From assembly GCA_009914755.4 (NCBI GenBank), contig CP068257.2:30368001-30432000 (forward strand): a stretch of DNA of 64,000 nucleotides. Reading direction: 5' to 3'. The stretch comes from the human T2T-CHM13v2.0 reference genome, Homo sapiens. Under the pieces are notes generated by a model. The model made no database searches, was not told where the DNA came from, and saw only the letters and a list, made by a program, of their open reading frames with translations. Shown here piece after piece: positions 15,035 through 28,995 of the stretch (the stretch's first letter is position 1; each line of letters begins with the position of its first letter). The position numbers and the translations under genes were made by a program.

Positions 15035-15126
15035 CAACACTGTGTGACAGAAAGTAAGCATTGAGCCCAAAGAATTGTCAAGGCTGAGAAGCAAACACAG
15101 CCAGAGTTTCTTTTAAAAAAAGGCTT

Positions 15127-15437
<311 letters not shown>

Positions 15438-16680
15438 TCACTTTAGTATTTATGCCTAAAACAATCTGATCAGCTTTCTGCTTTTGTGGGATGCATTGAG
15501 CATGAACAATGTCACTGATGTTAAAGGAGCAAATGAGCATTCTCTTCACTTTTGAAATAAGTATTTTTCTTACGTCTCAGGGATGTTGAGGCTTTCTACA
15601 GCGAACGTTGATGCTTTACTTCTGGACCATAATAGAAACACTATGTTCTACGATCGGTCATTATTTTTCTCTAAAACATGTGCTTTTTGTTTTTTCAAAC
15701 CTCCCTTGAAAAATCAGAGCAAATGCCAAGGCTTTTGAGTGTAAGTTTATCATTCAAAATTGTTGGCAAGTTTTCACAGAAATTTCCCTGCTGTCCCAGT
15801 TCTCTTCCCTCTGAATGTAACACTCCGGCCAACGTGCTCACAATTACTTGTTCAGCGCACTGCCTGGTTCAGCACTTCCACAGCCCTTGTGAGTGACGAG
15901 GCTCCATGGCAGAGCCATCTCCTTCCTTCCTTAAACCTTCCATGACAACCCCTAACTCTTGTCTTTGCCATCTGTGCTTGGCTCTTTCTCCACATATTCC
16001 TTTTTAACATGTCAAATGTCTTGCTGGCCCCACTGTGTTACTTTATGCAAAATGTGAGGCTCTTTGTTCCTAAAACTGCTATCATTTTTACTCAGGCATG
16101 AGCACCCGCACTTCCTTACCCTCTGGCACAAATCTGCCTGCAAGGCAGGTTGTAGCAAGTCCCTGTTAAGACTGGTCTTTGATTTCCACTGGCCTCAAGG
16201 GACACCTCCTTGGGTACACAGAAATCCATTTCATTGGTTGGACAGATACTCACAGTGCAGAGCTAGAAATGTCTGTGCTGCCCTTAGAAGGACTACATGT
16301 CACTCAGCTAGGAGACACCCCCAGAAATTCCCCATCAAACTCTATTCCACAGAGCCCCCATCAATGACAGTAAACCATGCCAGTACTGCCCTAGATCAAA
16401 CCCACACAGTTGCAGCGTGAGTCTCTTCTCTCTTTCCCTTCTTATCCCAACTTACCCAAATTTAATGAAAATGCTGAAATCGAAACTGACCGAAATAGAA
16501 ATTGCTGCTCCCATATTTAAGCACTGTTCAGTGCATCTTGCTCCCCCACATTCTGGATTCTTCTCCCACTGCCTCATTGAAATTGCTCTCTAGCTTCACC
16601 AGGAGCTCCCTTGTGGCAAAATATAATGGACATTTTTCATTTATTTCTCTGGGCTCTCTCTGTCTGTCATGGTAGAAATT

Positions 16681-17078
16681 GTGTGTCCCCTGCTACCCAC
16701 CCCAATTCATGTGTTGAAGCGCTGACCTCCCATGTGACTGTATTTGGAGACAGGATCTTTAAGGAGATAATGAAAGTTAAATCAGATCATAAAGGCAGGG
16801 CCCTAATCCAATAGGACTGATGCCCTTCTAAGGAGGTGGGGGTGGGAAGAGAGAGAGAGAGAGAGAGACAGACCAGGGATGCGTGCACAGAGGCAAGGCC
16901 ACATGAGGACACAGCAAGAAGGTGAACATCTGGAAGCCAAGGAGAGGCCTCAGGAGAAACCACACCTGCCAATTTCTGGATCATGGACTTCCAGCCTCCA
17001 GAACTGTGAGAAAATCAATGCCTCGTGGAAGGCACCCAGTCTTGTATTTGCTATGGCAGCCTGAGCAGACTAACACAC
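16681..17078 (+). mobile_element. MaLR-type LTR (MLT1-like) containing an internal (GA)n at 16843-16868
   Basis: GTGTGTCCCCTGCTACCCACCCCAATTCATGTGTTGAAG..GGGCCCTAATCCAATAGGACTGATGCCCTTCTAAGGAGG..CCACATGAGGACACAGCAAGAAGGTGAACATCTGGAAGCCAAGGAGAGGCCTCAGGAGAAACCACACCTGCCAATTTCTGGATCATGGACTTCCAGCCTCCAGAACTGTGAGAAAATCAATG. Confidence 0.55.
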
Positions 17079-17392
17079 GCTCCTTCTAGAAACACTCTAT
17101 TATCCCAGCTCTGTGATTCTCTTCCCACCTTTCCAACGATTCCTGGAGATTTCCTCTTTCAAGTATTCTGAGTGTTGCTGTCTCTGTCTTCCATCCACAG
17201 CCTTCTCACTCATAGCATTTCAAGCATTTCAACTCCTATTCCCAAGCCAAAGTCATCAACATCTATGTCCCCTGGAACTTCAGATGTGAGTGTCCAATTT
17301 CTGGTTGGAAGTCTCCCAGGTATCTCATAGGAACCTCAAAGTCAACACGTGCAAAGCTGAACTTACCCCTTTTCACCTGTTTGTTGTTGTTG

Positions 17393-17878
<486 letters not shown>

Positions 17879-18290
17879 TCAATAGCCATCACACAGGCCT
17901 TTGTTGCCTCTGGCCAAGCCTATCACAGCAACCATCTGATGGGCTTTCTCAAATCTATCCCTTGTCCTACCGGCCACTGCCCTTAACCAATATTAAATTT
18001 TGACCATGTCAATCCTTAACATTTGACATTAAACATTAAAGCTTAACATCTTTGGTGCCTCTGGAATAACTCTCAGCTAATGTCCTCACTCCTTAGCAAG
18101 AATATGGGGCCCAGTGCAGCGTGGCTCCTGCTCACCCTCCAAGCTCAACTTTTACTCTTTTTTGCCTGCAACTTTGTGCTTTAGCCATGCTCAGGGTGCT
18201 CCTTCCCGCGCATCTGCTGTCTTCTCTGAGGGCCCCACTCGTGTATGTCTGTCTCTGTGTCCAAACTTCTCCTTTTATAAGAACACCAGG

Positions 18291-18591
<301 letters not shown>

Positions 18592-18671
18592 AAGAACACC
18601 AGGCATATTGAATTAGGGACCACCCTGATGACTTCGTCTTAACTTGATTACCTGTCTCAAGACCCTGTCTT

Positions 18672-19015
18672 ATTCTGCTTGGGCTGTGATAACAAAGTGC
18701 CATAGTCTGGGTGGCTTAAACGACAGACATCTATTTCTCGCAGTTCTGGAGGTTGCAAAGTCCAAGGTCAGGGTACTGGCATGGCTGAGTTCCAGTGAGA
18801 TTCCTTTCTCCTCTCTCCCTGTGTCCTCACACAGCAGAGAAAGAGAGAGATCTAATGTCTTCCTTTTCTAATAGGGGCACTAATCTCATATGGAGCCTCC
18901 ATTCTCATGACCAAATTTAGCCCTAAGGTTCTACCTCCTAATGCCATCACCTTGGGGGCTAGGGTTTCAACATATAAATTTGGGGGGACAAAAATATTTG
19001 GTCTATAACAGAACC
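18672..19015 (-). mobile_element. MaLR-type LTR (MLT1-like, antisense)
   Basis: GGGCTGTGATAACAAAGTGCCATAGTCTGGGTGGCTTAAACGACAGACATCTATTTCTCGCAGTTCTGGAGGTTGCAAAGTCCAAGGTCAGGGTACTGGCATGGC..CTCACACAGCAGAGAAAGAGAGAGATCTAATGTC..GGGGCACTAATCTCATATGGAGCC. Confidence 0.5.
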
Positions 19016-19744
19016 CGTCTTCCAATAAGGTCTCATTCTCACCTCAACATATGGATTTAAGGGAGATAACAATTCAATCCAAAACAGCCAGCTAGCTGGG
19101 GGGTGAGAAATTTTGTTCAAACTTTCCCACAGTGACTCCAGAGAAAACTTTTCTCTGCAATTTGTGGGATGGGCTGGCTTGAGGATGGGAGTGTGGAAAG
19201 GGACAGAGGATCTGATGAAAGATACCAGAGCCCCGACGTTGTGATGAACTTTATAGAAAAGCTTCCTGATCGCCAGTGGTGAAGGCCACCAGTCTGTTCA
19301 TGGCGATGACATTCTTTCCTGCCCAGGATATAACATTGGCTGGGACTGATGCCTTTTGTTTCCTTCATTAGCCACTGGTCTGTCTGGTTTTCATCTTATC
19401 ATGATTATAATAGGAATAGTGATTACAATTTCTTCAACAAAAATTTATTTGCATCTATAACACGCTGGGCATTGTAAAGATTGTTGGAGATTTTAAGCTG
19501 TGACTTCGTTGTGGTCCTTGAATGTCAAAAAGAGAATCACATTTTTATGTGTTACTGGAAAAGTAGCGACTTCCTAAAAGTTTTTTTCACCCTAATTGTG
19601 CTAGTTAACAAGCTCAGAAGAGCAGAAAAAAAAAAACAAAAAAAGTTACCACCAAATCCCATGACCTAAATTTGGTGTATCCTCTTATAATTTTTTTCTA
19701 TACCTTTAGAAATGCATGTGTTACCCTTTTATATGGTTTGTTCA

Positions 19745-20480
19745 TTTAAAAAATTTTTTATTTTGAAATAATTTTAGACTCACATATAAGTGGCAAAAGG
19801 AGTACAGAGAATTCCTCTGTACTCTTCCCCAGGTTCCACAGCGATAACATTTTTAAAATTTTTTATTTTTAAAATTGTGGTAAAATACAAATAACACAAA
19901 ATTGACCATTTTAAAGATGTTGAAGTACACAGCTCAGTGGCGTTAAGAACATTCAGGCCAGGCGCGGTGGCTCACGCCTGTAATCCCAGCACTTTGGGAG
20001 GCCGAGGCAGGTGCATCACCTGAGGTCAGGAGTTCAAGACCAGCCTGGCCAACATGGAGAAACCCCATCTCTACTAAAAATACAAAAATTAGCCAGGCGT
20101 GGTGGCGGGTGCCTGTAATGCCAGCTACTTGGGAGACTGAGGCAAGAGAATCGCTTGAACCCGGGAGGCGGAGGTTGTAGTGAGCCGAGACTGTGTCACT
20201 GCACCCCAGTCTGGGAGACAGAGTGAGGCTCTGTCTCAATACAATACAATACAATACAATACAATACAATACAATACAATACAATACAATAAAAACAACA
20301 ACAAAAAAACCATTCTCAGTGTTACGCTGCCATCACCAGCATCCATCTCCAGACCTTTTTTCCATCTTCCAAAATGGAAACTGTGCCAATTAAACAACTT
20401 CACCTTCCCTCTCCCCACAGGCCTTGGCGACTCCCGTTCTACTTTCTGTCTCTGTGAATTTGACTACTCTAGGGACTCAA
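19745..20480 (+). mobile_element. ancient L1M 3'-UTR fragment split by an Alu insertion
   Basis: 5' piece TTTATTTTGAAATAATTTTAGACTCACATATAAGTGG..ATTGTGGTAAAATACAAATAACACAAAATTGACCATTTTAAAGATGTTGAAGTACACAGCTCAGTGGCGTTAAGAACATTC. 3' piece after the Alu CATTCTCAGTGTTACGCTGCCATCACCAGCATCCATCTCCAGACC..CTGGCGACTCCCGTTCTACTTTCTGTCTCTGTGAATTTGACTACTCTAGG. Both pieces match remembered L1M 3'-end motifs. Confidence 0.45.
19956..20310 (+). mobile_element. Alu SINE, poly-A tail mutated into an (ACAAT)n microsatellite
   Basis: GGCCAGGCGCGGTGGCTCACGCCTGTAATCCCAGCACTTTGGGAGGCCGAGGCAGGTGCATCACCTGAGGTCAGGAGTTCAAGACCAGCCTGGCCAACATGGAGAAACCCCATCTCTACTAAAAATACAAAAATTAGCC through GAGGCTCTGTCTC, then (ACAAT)10 at 20238-20290 and AAAAACAACAACAAAAAAA. 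Confidence 0.9.
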
Positions 20481-20978
20481 GGGGCCCTGGCTTCCCTGCT
20501 ATGAGTGAACTTGAAGGAGCAGGGAGGAGTTTCCAAGACACCCAGTTTCCCTCTCCCTGGGCTGCAAGTCCGGCAGGCCACTGGGTTTCCTGTGTTCTGG
20601 GTGACTTCTCAAGCCTAGTGACCTGGAACAGGGGTGCACAGTGGGAGGACAGAGGCTCCCTGATGTGTGTTTGGCATTGCCAATCTCCTTATTAGCTTAT
20701 TGGTGCAATCTCACCAATAAGAGGCTGGCTGACAGGGAGCACTGATTTCTAGCGTGTGTTCTTGAGGTTCAAAAGGGAAAACAGCCATTTGGGGTTTGCA
20801 TAGAGAATGAGGTTTCAGCTAACCATGGCTGATTACAGAATTGCTCCAGCAGTGACCGTGTTTGACCTCGACCTCAATACCCCAGCAGCTGCCCCTGCTG
20901 TGTCTGTTCAGTGAAACAACCCTTGCAACCACGCCTCCAAGTCCGTCACCACAGATCCCTCCTGCCTGAGTTTTCAGT

Positions 20979-21085
20979 GGCTGCTGTAATAAAGTACCAC
21001 TGGCAGGGTGGCCTAGAACAACACATTTTATTCTCTCACAGTTCTAGTGGCCAGAAGTTCCAAATCAAGGCATCCAAACTAAAGC
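20979..21085 (-). mobile_element. MLT1-like MaLR fragment
   Basis: GGCTGCTGTAATAAAGTACCACTGGCAGGGTGGCCTAGAACAACACATTTTATTCTCTCACAGTTCTAGTGGCCAGAAGTTCCAAATCAAGGCATCC. Confidence 0.4.
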
Positions 21086-21097
21086 TCTTTAATGTTG

Positions 21098-21165
21098 GGC
21101 AAGTTACTTAATGTCCCTGTACCTCACTTTACTCATCTGTCCAATAGGAGGGTAAGAGCACCCCA
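21098..21165 (+). mobile_element. MIR SINE fragment
   Basis: GGGCAAGTTACTTAATGTCCCTGTACCTCACTTTACTCATCTGTCCAATAGG versus MIR core GGGCAAGTTACTTAACCTCTCTGTGCCTCAGTTTCCTCATCTGTAAAATGGGG. Confidence 0.4.
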
Positions 21166-23219
21166 GGACACTCCTGGTGCTCTGCCCAGACCTCCAGGGA
21201 TCCCTTTTACCCATTTTGTGTGTGCATCCCGCAGCTTCTGTGTGCTTTCCTTCTACCTGCTCGCACCTGCAACCTTCTTCAGACACCTGCTAATAGAGCT
21301 GCTTCACCTGCAAAGGACATAGAGTTGGAAGTGCCGGGGACTGCGTGGTGCTCCCTGGAGCCAATGCACAGCATGCTGGTCTTCCCATGGTGGAATACAG
21401 GCTTGCAGGGTTCCCACCTGAGGCTTTATAGAGAGATACAGGGCATGGGGTCCTCTAGGCAGGGTGACAACCGCATCCCAGTTTGCCCAGGCCTTTCCCA
21501 GTTTTAGCACTGAAGTCCCCATGAAGGTGGGTCATAGACACACTATCAAGTCACAGGAGCCTAGCAGGAGCCTTTCTGAGTGATCATCCTGCCCTTGGCA
21601 TCAGGTTCATGTCTCTGTACTCACATGGATGATGTGGGACTCTCGCCGTGGCTGCAACAGATAAGACCGGCACTGTTGTGGAGAAGCTTAGGGGGTTTCC
21701 AGGGCCTCCCAAGCTTTTCTGCTGCCTGACTTCTCCCTTTGGCTGTTGATGGCAGCAAGCCCGCGCCAGGAGTGAGAATGAAGGGGGCATCCTGGGCATT
21801 ACCCCCCTTCATTGTGACTGGTGGGGCTATTCCTGGAGGAATTAACTTTGGCACCATTCAGGGAAGCTGTGAATGAAAGGCAGCTGCACAGACATCATAA
21901 TCTGTAGCCGGGAACAGGCAGGCCGCTCTGGCACCCAGCCCGCCCCGTCTATGTGGTGCCAACAGCTCCTGGGCAGACACAACCGGGAATTTTAAGGCAA
22001 GGCCTGTATTTGCAGTCCTCCCTGCTGGCCGTAAACCCCGGCTTGTTAGTTTCAAAGGCTTGAGGTCAAATGTACCATTATAACAAGTTAGACCAGTTTA
22101 TAAAAGAAGACCAAGGTGGGAGGTTTTGCCAGTATTTGTTTCACATCGTCTTGCTCTTTGATTTAAATGTTTTGATGAACTGCCCTGATGGTCATGATGC
22201 TGGTGGCCAGTGAAATCCTACCAAACCTTTCTGTGCTAATTCTGCCCAGAACATGGTTGGAGAATCCTTAATGATCACAATGCAGTAATTTTCCCCTTTT
22301 CACCATTCGGAACTATTGCAAAACTTTCCAAGGGATTGGCCTGATTCCCTGGGGCCCTCCCTCATCCTGGAACCCTGATATCTTGTAGAACTGCCACTTT
22401 GGGAGGTAGGATGTGGATAGACCAAAGCATAAGAACAATGCTTCATGGCGTTTCTGCAACACAAGATCTTCATTTCTTAACCACTTCCTCTTTTTGAGTG
22501 GAATTAGAGGAAGTCGAGAAAAAAGGGGATTAGGAAATTCATTCCAGCATACGGAATAAAATCTGTCCTTCAACAAATGAAGGCTGAAAGGGACACGTGA
22601 ACATTTCATCTAGCATATTCCTATATTCCTGTTCTTAGATGATGCTAAGCTGTCATTTCAGAAGAAACCCAGCCTCTTCGCTGTACCTCCAAATCCCAAT
22701 TTTCTGTGAACAGGGACGGAGGAAGAGCTGCCAACAAGGAAGTTACCTAGGTTTTGACAGCTTATTAGTTCTATTATTCCGACTCAGGCTCAGGGCTGCA
22801 TGGGCCAGTAGAGTGCGGGAGAGTCTGAGCAACACAGGGACTGGATAATTTTCTCCTATAAAATTCAATGCTGTTGTTGGCTTCAATTTCACCAAATGAA
22901 ATCTCCAAATGACCAATGGCAAAGAGAAAGCACTGTCGTCTCACAAAACTGCCTTGAGTTATGATTTCAATAGATTCTAGCTACCGTGCTTTTACTAAAT
23001 TCCCAAATACCTGCAGCTTTTGTTGGTATAATATTATTTCACTATCACTAAAAAAACCCCAAATCAGAATCATTTACATCTTGAGGCATACCCAGCGAGT
23101 TACAGGCTTAAAGTTACCTTATCTGGTAAGAGTGAAAACCATATCCCTCTGTTGTTTTTCTCAAGGAATCATATTGTTTTTCATTCCTATTTCTGGAGTT
23201 ACTTGTGAGGCTGAACGTC

Positions 23220-23527
<308 letters not shown>

Positions 23528-24491
23528 AAGGTTGAACATCTTATGTTTTTTAGCCATTTGCAATTCTTCCAGAGCCTTCGACCCACATCTGTTTTCTTAA
23601 CTCTCTCCTAGAATCATTTTAGAATTATGGAGAATTATTAAGGGAAAGAGAAGAAGTGCACAGTAGGGGATGAAGGGGGAGAGGTGAAACCAGGTGGGGA
23701 GCACTGTTCTCAAGCCCTCCTCCAGCTCCCTCTGACTTTTCTTTCCCCAGGGCTAGATTCCCTCCACCCCACTCCTATTTTTCCTCGAAGGCCATGTCAA
23801 GTCTCTTAGGATAAGTCCCTCTTCTCCTCTAATAACTTACTACTCTTGATCTTAGCCGAAACGCTGAGAAGTGATTCTTATAATAATTTGTTTTGCTTTT
23901 AATCATTCCAGGTAAAGGGAGAGGACCTTTAGTCTTGGATCCTGACCTCCTTTTAGGTGAAACTTCCTCTGAGGACAAAGTATAGTGGTCCCAGTGTCCC
24001 TGTCTCATTTAAAAAGTAAAATACTGGTAGTATAGTTTGGGATAAGCAAGCTAAGTAGTCAGATTCTGGCATTCTGAATCTTCCTTTTGCTTAGGAATTG
24101 CTAAGGCCGAGGGTTGTCTCTGGCTCAACATTTGCCTGAACGTTCAGTCTCCTTTCGGGTCTGTGAGGGAGCAAATGCTACTGCGGGAGCCTCAGGGAGC
24201 CCTGCCCACACCTTCCTCTTCCCTTCCTTAAAGGTCACGATAGCTGGGTTCATCCCGTAGTTGGATGTCAAGTTTACTTTTAAAATAGATTGTAACACTT
24301 AATTCTTGCTGTCATCCTGTAGGAAATACCACGATCCAGTGGTAGCCTCCAAGTATATCACCCTGAAAACAATTCTGGTGGTCTCAAAACAGAAAGCACA
24401 GAGGCCCAATTAAGATGCTCAAATCTCATGGTTTATTAAGTCAACGTGAAACACACAAGAAGAAGCAAGGGGATAAGGATGGGTTAGGTAG

Positions 24492-25551
24492 TGTATTAGT
24501 CAGGGTTCTCTAGAGGGACAGAATTAATAGGATATATATATATATGTATATATATGTATGTGTGTATTTACATATATTTATGTGTGTTGTGGGATCTTGT
24601 GATTGTGTGAGTTAATACTATTTAATATACTCCCCTTTATACATATATACGTATATATACATATATACGTATATATGTATATACGTATATATACATATAT
24701 ACGTATATATGTATATACGTATATACATATATACATATACGTATATACATATACGTATATATGTATAAAGGGGAGTATATTATATGTATATATATGTATA
24801 TATATGTATATATATGTATATATATGTATATATGTATATATATGTATATATGTATATATATGTATATATGTATATATATGTATATATGTATATATATGTA
24901 TATATACGTATATATATGTATATATGTATATATATGTATATATACGTATATATATGTATATATACGTATATATATGTATATATATGTATATATATGTATA
25001 TATATGTATATATATGTATATATATGTATATATATGTATATATATGTATATATATGTATATATATGTATATATATGTATATATATGTATATATATGTATA
25101 AAGGGGAGTATATTATATATATATACACACACACATATATATGTGTATATATACGTATAAAGGGGAGTACATTAAATAGTATTAACTCACACAATCACAA
25201 GGTCCCACAATAGGCCATCTGCAAGCTGAGGAGCAAGGAAGCCAGTCTGAGTTCCAAAGCTGAAGAACTTGGAGTCTGATGTTTGAGGGCAGGAAGCATC
25301 CAACACAGGAGAAAGATGGAGGCTGGGAGGCTAAGCCAGTCTAGTCTTTTCACATTCTTCTGCCTGCTTAATATCCTGGCCATGCGGGCAGCTGATTAGA
25401 TGGTGCCTACCCAGATTGAGGGTGGGTCTGCCTTTCCAGTCCACTGACTCAAATGTTAATCTTCTTTGGCAGCACCTTCACAGACACACCCAAGATCAAT
25501 ACTTTGCATCCTTCAGTCCAATCAAGTTGACACTCAGTATTAACCATCACA
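24492..25551 (+). mobile_element. solo LTR-like element (TG...CA termini, 5-bp TSD GGTAG) carrying a large internal palindromic AT-rich microsatellite
   Basis: Starts TGTATTAGTCAGGGTTCTCTAGAGGGACAGAATTAATAGG and ends ..CAAGTTGACACTCAGTATTAACCATCACA. GGTAG lies immediately 5' (24487-24491) and 3' (25552-25556). The family is a common primate interspersed repeat whose name I cannot recall with confidence (MaLR/ERVL-like by size and TSD). Confidence 0.6.
24527..25213. repeat. palindromic AT-rich repeat: (TATATG/TATATAC)n core, about 510 bp, bracketed by 57-bp inverted arms
   Basis: Left arm 24587-24643 TTGTGGGATCTTGTGATTGTGTGAGTTAATACTATTTAATATACTCCCCTTTATAC. Right arm 25155-25211 GTATAAAGGGGAGTACATTAAATAGTATTAACTCACACAATCACAAGGTCCCACAAT is its reverse complement at about 95% identity. 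Further direct copies of GTATAAAGGGGAGTA sit at 24762 and 25097. Confidence 0.85.
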
Positions 25552-25766
25552 GGTAGCCACACTGAGTATAGTGTGAAGGTGGGGTGGAAGACCACACACC
25601 TCAGTCCGGAGTTACATGATGTTCATGCATCCTATTTCTCTGCTGTCTGCATCTACCTCCCCCAAGGAATATTGAACAGCGGCTCAGCAGGCAGAGGTGC
25701 CTGCAATCAACACTTGCTTCTTTTATTGGAGAGATGCAGGAGAAATTACACCTGGTCACAGCAGCA

Positions 25767-26483
25767 CAGTAGTTCCCCCGTTATCTGAGGTTTTCCTTTT
25801 TGCAGTTCCATTTACCCATGGTCTGAAAATATTGAATGGAAATGAAATATTGGTGGAAAATTCCAGAAATAAACAATATATAAGTTTTCAATCATGTACC
25901 ATTCTGATTAGTGTGATGAAATCTTGCACTGTTCCACTCCATCCCACCTGAGATGTGAATCCTTCCTTTGTCCAGCGTCTCCACCCTGTAGATGCTTAGA
26001 AGTCATCTCGATGATCAGATCCACTGAGGTATTGCAGTACTTGCCTTCAGATCACCTTTATTTGACTTCATAATGCCCCAAAGCTTAAGAGTAGTGATGC
26101 TGGCAGTTCAGATATGCCAAAGAGAAGCCGTAAAATGTTTGCTATAAGTGAAAAGGTGAAAGTTCTTGACTTAATAAGAAAAAGATCATTGACTGAGGTT
26201 GCTAAGACCTATGGTAAAGATGAATCTTCTATCCATGAAATTGTGAAGAAAGAAAAAGAAGTGTGTGCTAGTTTTGCTGTTTCAGCTTAAACTGCAAAAG
26301 TTATGGCCACAGTGCATGATGACAGAGCTCAGTTAAGATGGAAAATATATTAAATTTGTGGGTGGAAGATATGAACACACACGTATCTTGACTGATGGTG
26401 ACCAGGTTCAGTACTATCTGTGGTTTAGGGATCCACTGGGGCCTGGGAACATATCTCTTGTGGATAAAGGGGTACTCCTGTAG
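25767..26483 (+). mobile_element. Tigger2-like DNA transposon, internally deleted non-autonomous copy
   Basis: 5' TIR CAGTAGTTCCCCCGTTATCTGAGG. Remnant of the pogo/Tigger transposase N-terminus: 26075-26330 translates to MPKRSRKMFAISEKVKVLDLIRKRSLTEVAKTYGKDESSIHEIVKKEKEVCASFAV..TAKVMATVHDD with stops. 3' TIR ..GGTTCAGTACTATCTGTGGTTTAGGGATCCACTGGGG..GATAAAGGGGTACTCCTG is the reverse complement of the 5' TIR. Confidence 0.65.
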
Positions 26484-28995
26484 TTTGCCAACTAGTTCAA
26501 TGAACAGTTATGGATCTTATCTGTATTCCTTGGGCAGAGCATGTGAGATCTCGAGTGGGACATACTGAGTGTTACCGGTGGGTGGCCAGTAAAAAATGAC
26601 AAAACCATCAGCTTAGAGGTTGCATGACCCCTTGCCTTATAACCTGGTCTTTCCTTCCTTTCCATCCTTTTCTATCTATAATTGCTCTTGCTACTCCATT
26701 CTTTTTAAAAACTCACACATCTCTTACATGTCACTAACTTATTATCTGTACTTGACATCTTTTATGGCTTCTGCTCATCTTACAAGCTACTTGCTTACTC
26801 GTTCTCTGCACTTCATCTTTTCAGTTTTATACAACCCATTCATTTTCCTGTCACCTATTACAGAATTGAATATCCTCAATTAATATGACTAATGTTGTAA
26901 CTTCACTTTAGTGAAGGTGACAAATTTCCAAGATTTAAAAAAAAAAAGTGAATTAGAGTTGGCTTATACTTAAGGCATCTGGACATCACATCTGCATGGA
27001 AGGTTTCGGCAGAGTGCACACATTGCAGTTCTCGTCAGTCTCTGCCCACATCACCGGTGGGCCCCAAAGACCCAGGGCTTACCTAGATTAGGGTTTGGAG
27101 GTGGTATCTGATCTAAATAAGATAAATAGGCTGAGGAATTGAGTATGTCCAGATGAGTGAGGCTCAGTGAAGAGAACTGGATGAGACTCCCCTGAAGGGA
27201 GAGAGAAATCTCATCTTCTGTGTAGTAAAACCTTGAACCTTGATCAAACAGAGATCTGGCCTTTGCCAATGGCTCCTGGGAGATGATCTCTAAGCCCTTG
27301 AGATTTCATGTCATGGTGTGTCTTTGTTTGCCCGGAAGTTTTGAGCAACACCAAAAATGTGATACAGTGTGGGGGCTTAGGGCCATGTGGTATTTGTTGA
27401 TTTCTGGAGGGGCTGGAGACTGAAGTCAGCCATGTGGGCAGCCAACCAAGTTTAAGTGATGGAGCCCCATTCAAGACTCTAGACATCAAGGCTCAGGAGA
27501 GCCTCCGTGGTTGGCAACAGTCTGTGCATATTGTCCCACACCCATGCTGGGAGAGTGTCACTGTCAGCTCCATGGGAGAGGTTAATGGAAGCTCCACAGT
27601 GGGAACTCTCTTGGGCTTCACCCTATGCTCCTCTTCCCTTGGCTGACTCCGTATCCTTTTCTTGGAATAAACCATAACCATAAGGATAACAGCTTTCAGT
27701 GAACTCTGTGAGACCTTCTAGTGAATTACGGAGCCTCAGGATAGGTACTGTGTTCCCTTGAACTTTGCAGTTAGTGTCAAAAGTGAGAGTCCTGTGGATG
27801 GATAGCTCCCACACTGCATCTTTCCAAGCAAGAGACAGACAGGAAAGGGATGAAAAAGAATGAAGCTGAGTGTTTCCCTTATGACTAAGTTTGGGACTTC
27901 CCCTTCTCCATCATCCCCTTCCCTTCCCCCTATTTGTCTTGCATGGGACCCCACTGGGGCCAGATTTCCAGTTGTCAATGAAGAAGTGAAAATGTTTGGC
28001 AGAGCACTTACCGTCTTGGATTTCAGAGCATTTTGCACATACATCCTGTTAAGCCTTTCCTACGTTAGAAGGTGAATTAGGAAACTGGGTTCATACTGAC
28101 ACCTTTTGTCTGCTCTCAGGCACAGAATAGGTTCGTGTTTTGGCCCCAGCGAAGAGCAAGCATCTCAAAGCTTCCAATGACAAGGGTCATTGCTCCCAGG
28201 AGGGAGGGTTTCCCTGCCATGCCTGAGCTGGAACCAGCTCATCTTCAGATATATCTCATTCAGCGTTGCAAATCAGAACCACTTGGGCTTTGTTTGGCTT
28301 CAGGTGTTTTTACTTCAACAACTGAACGCAGAAATGAATTAAAGAGAAGCAAAGCCAACCCATCAAGGGCAGTATCAAGTTCAACCATACAAAATTGCCG
28401 TTTTTTGTAGGCCAAATTTATACAGTCCAACTTCATACATACAAGTTCACCAACAGCTAAAGCAGTGGTTCTCAGTTTGACTACACATAAGATACACTGG
28501 GGAGCTTTCAAAACAAATAAAACAAAACAAAACAAAAACCACGTCCAGGCCATACCCCAGACCAATTAAATTGAAATTTCTAGGGTTGGAACTCAAGCAA
28601 CAAGATTTTTAACACTCCCCAGGAGGTTTCAAGAGGCAGTCAAGGCTGAGAATTTCTAAAACAAATTAAAATATGTGGGTTTTACTAAATCATCAGTCAT
28701 CCCTCCTCATGGGCCCCAGTCATTTAACAGACTCTTACCAGGGGCTGACCATGAGCCAGGCATTGATGAGATCCTGGGACAGCAGGGAGCCCCGTTCCCT
28801 TAACTCGTAGCCACTCTGCTTCCTTTCCATCCGTGCCCATCGCTCTGCACAGCTGTACCTGGGGTTATACCTCCGAGTGACAGTGCCCATCTTCAGGTGC
28901 CCTTGGGGCTGGGTGGTTTTCCCAGGTGGGCTCACCTGCAGACCCCTCTTAGCTCTTTGCAACTACCTAGAGGAGAGCACTTTTTCTGGGGTCCC

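Noticed and set aside
24578-25213. Overlapping 150-185-aa ORFs (YIYIYI/ICIYVY peptides) in the TATATG palindrome
   Set aside because: Artefact of a stop-free AT-rich microsatellite with an absurd amino-acid composition. Overlapping ORFs are open on both strands
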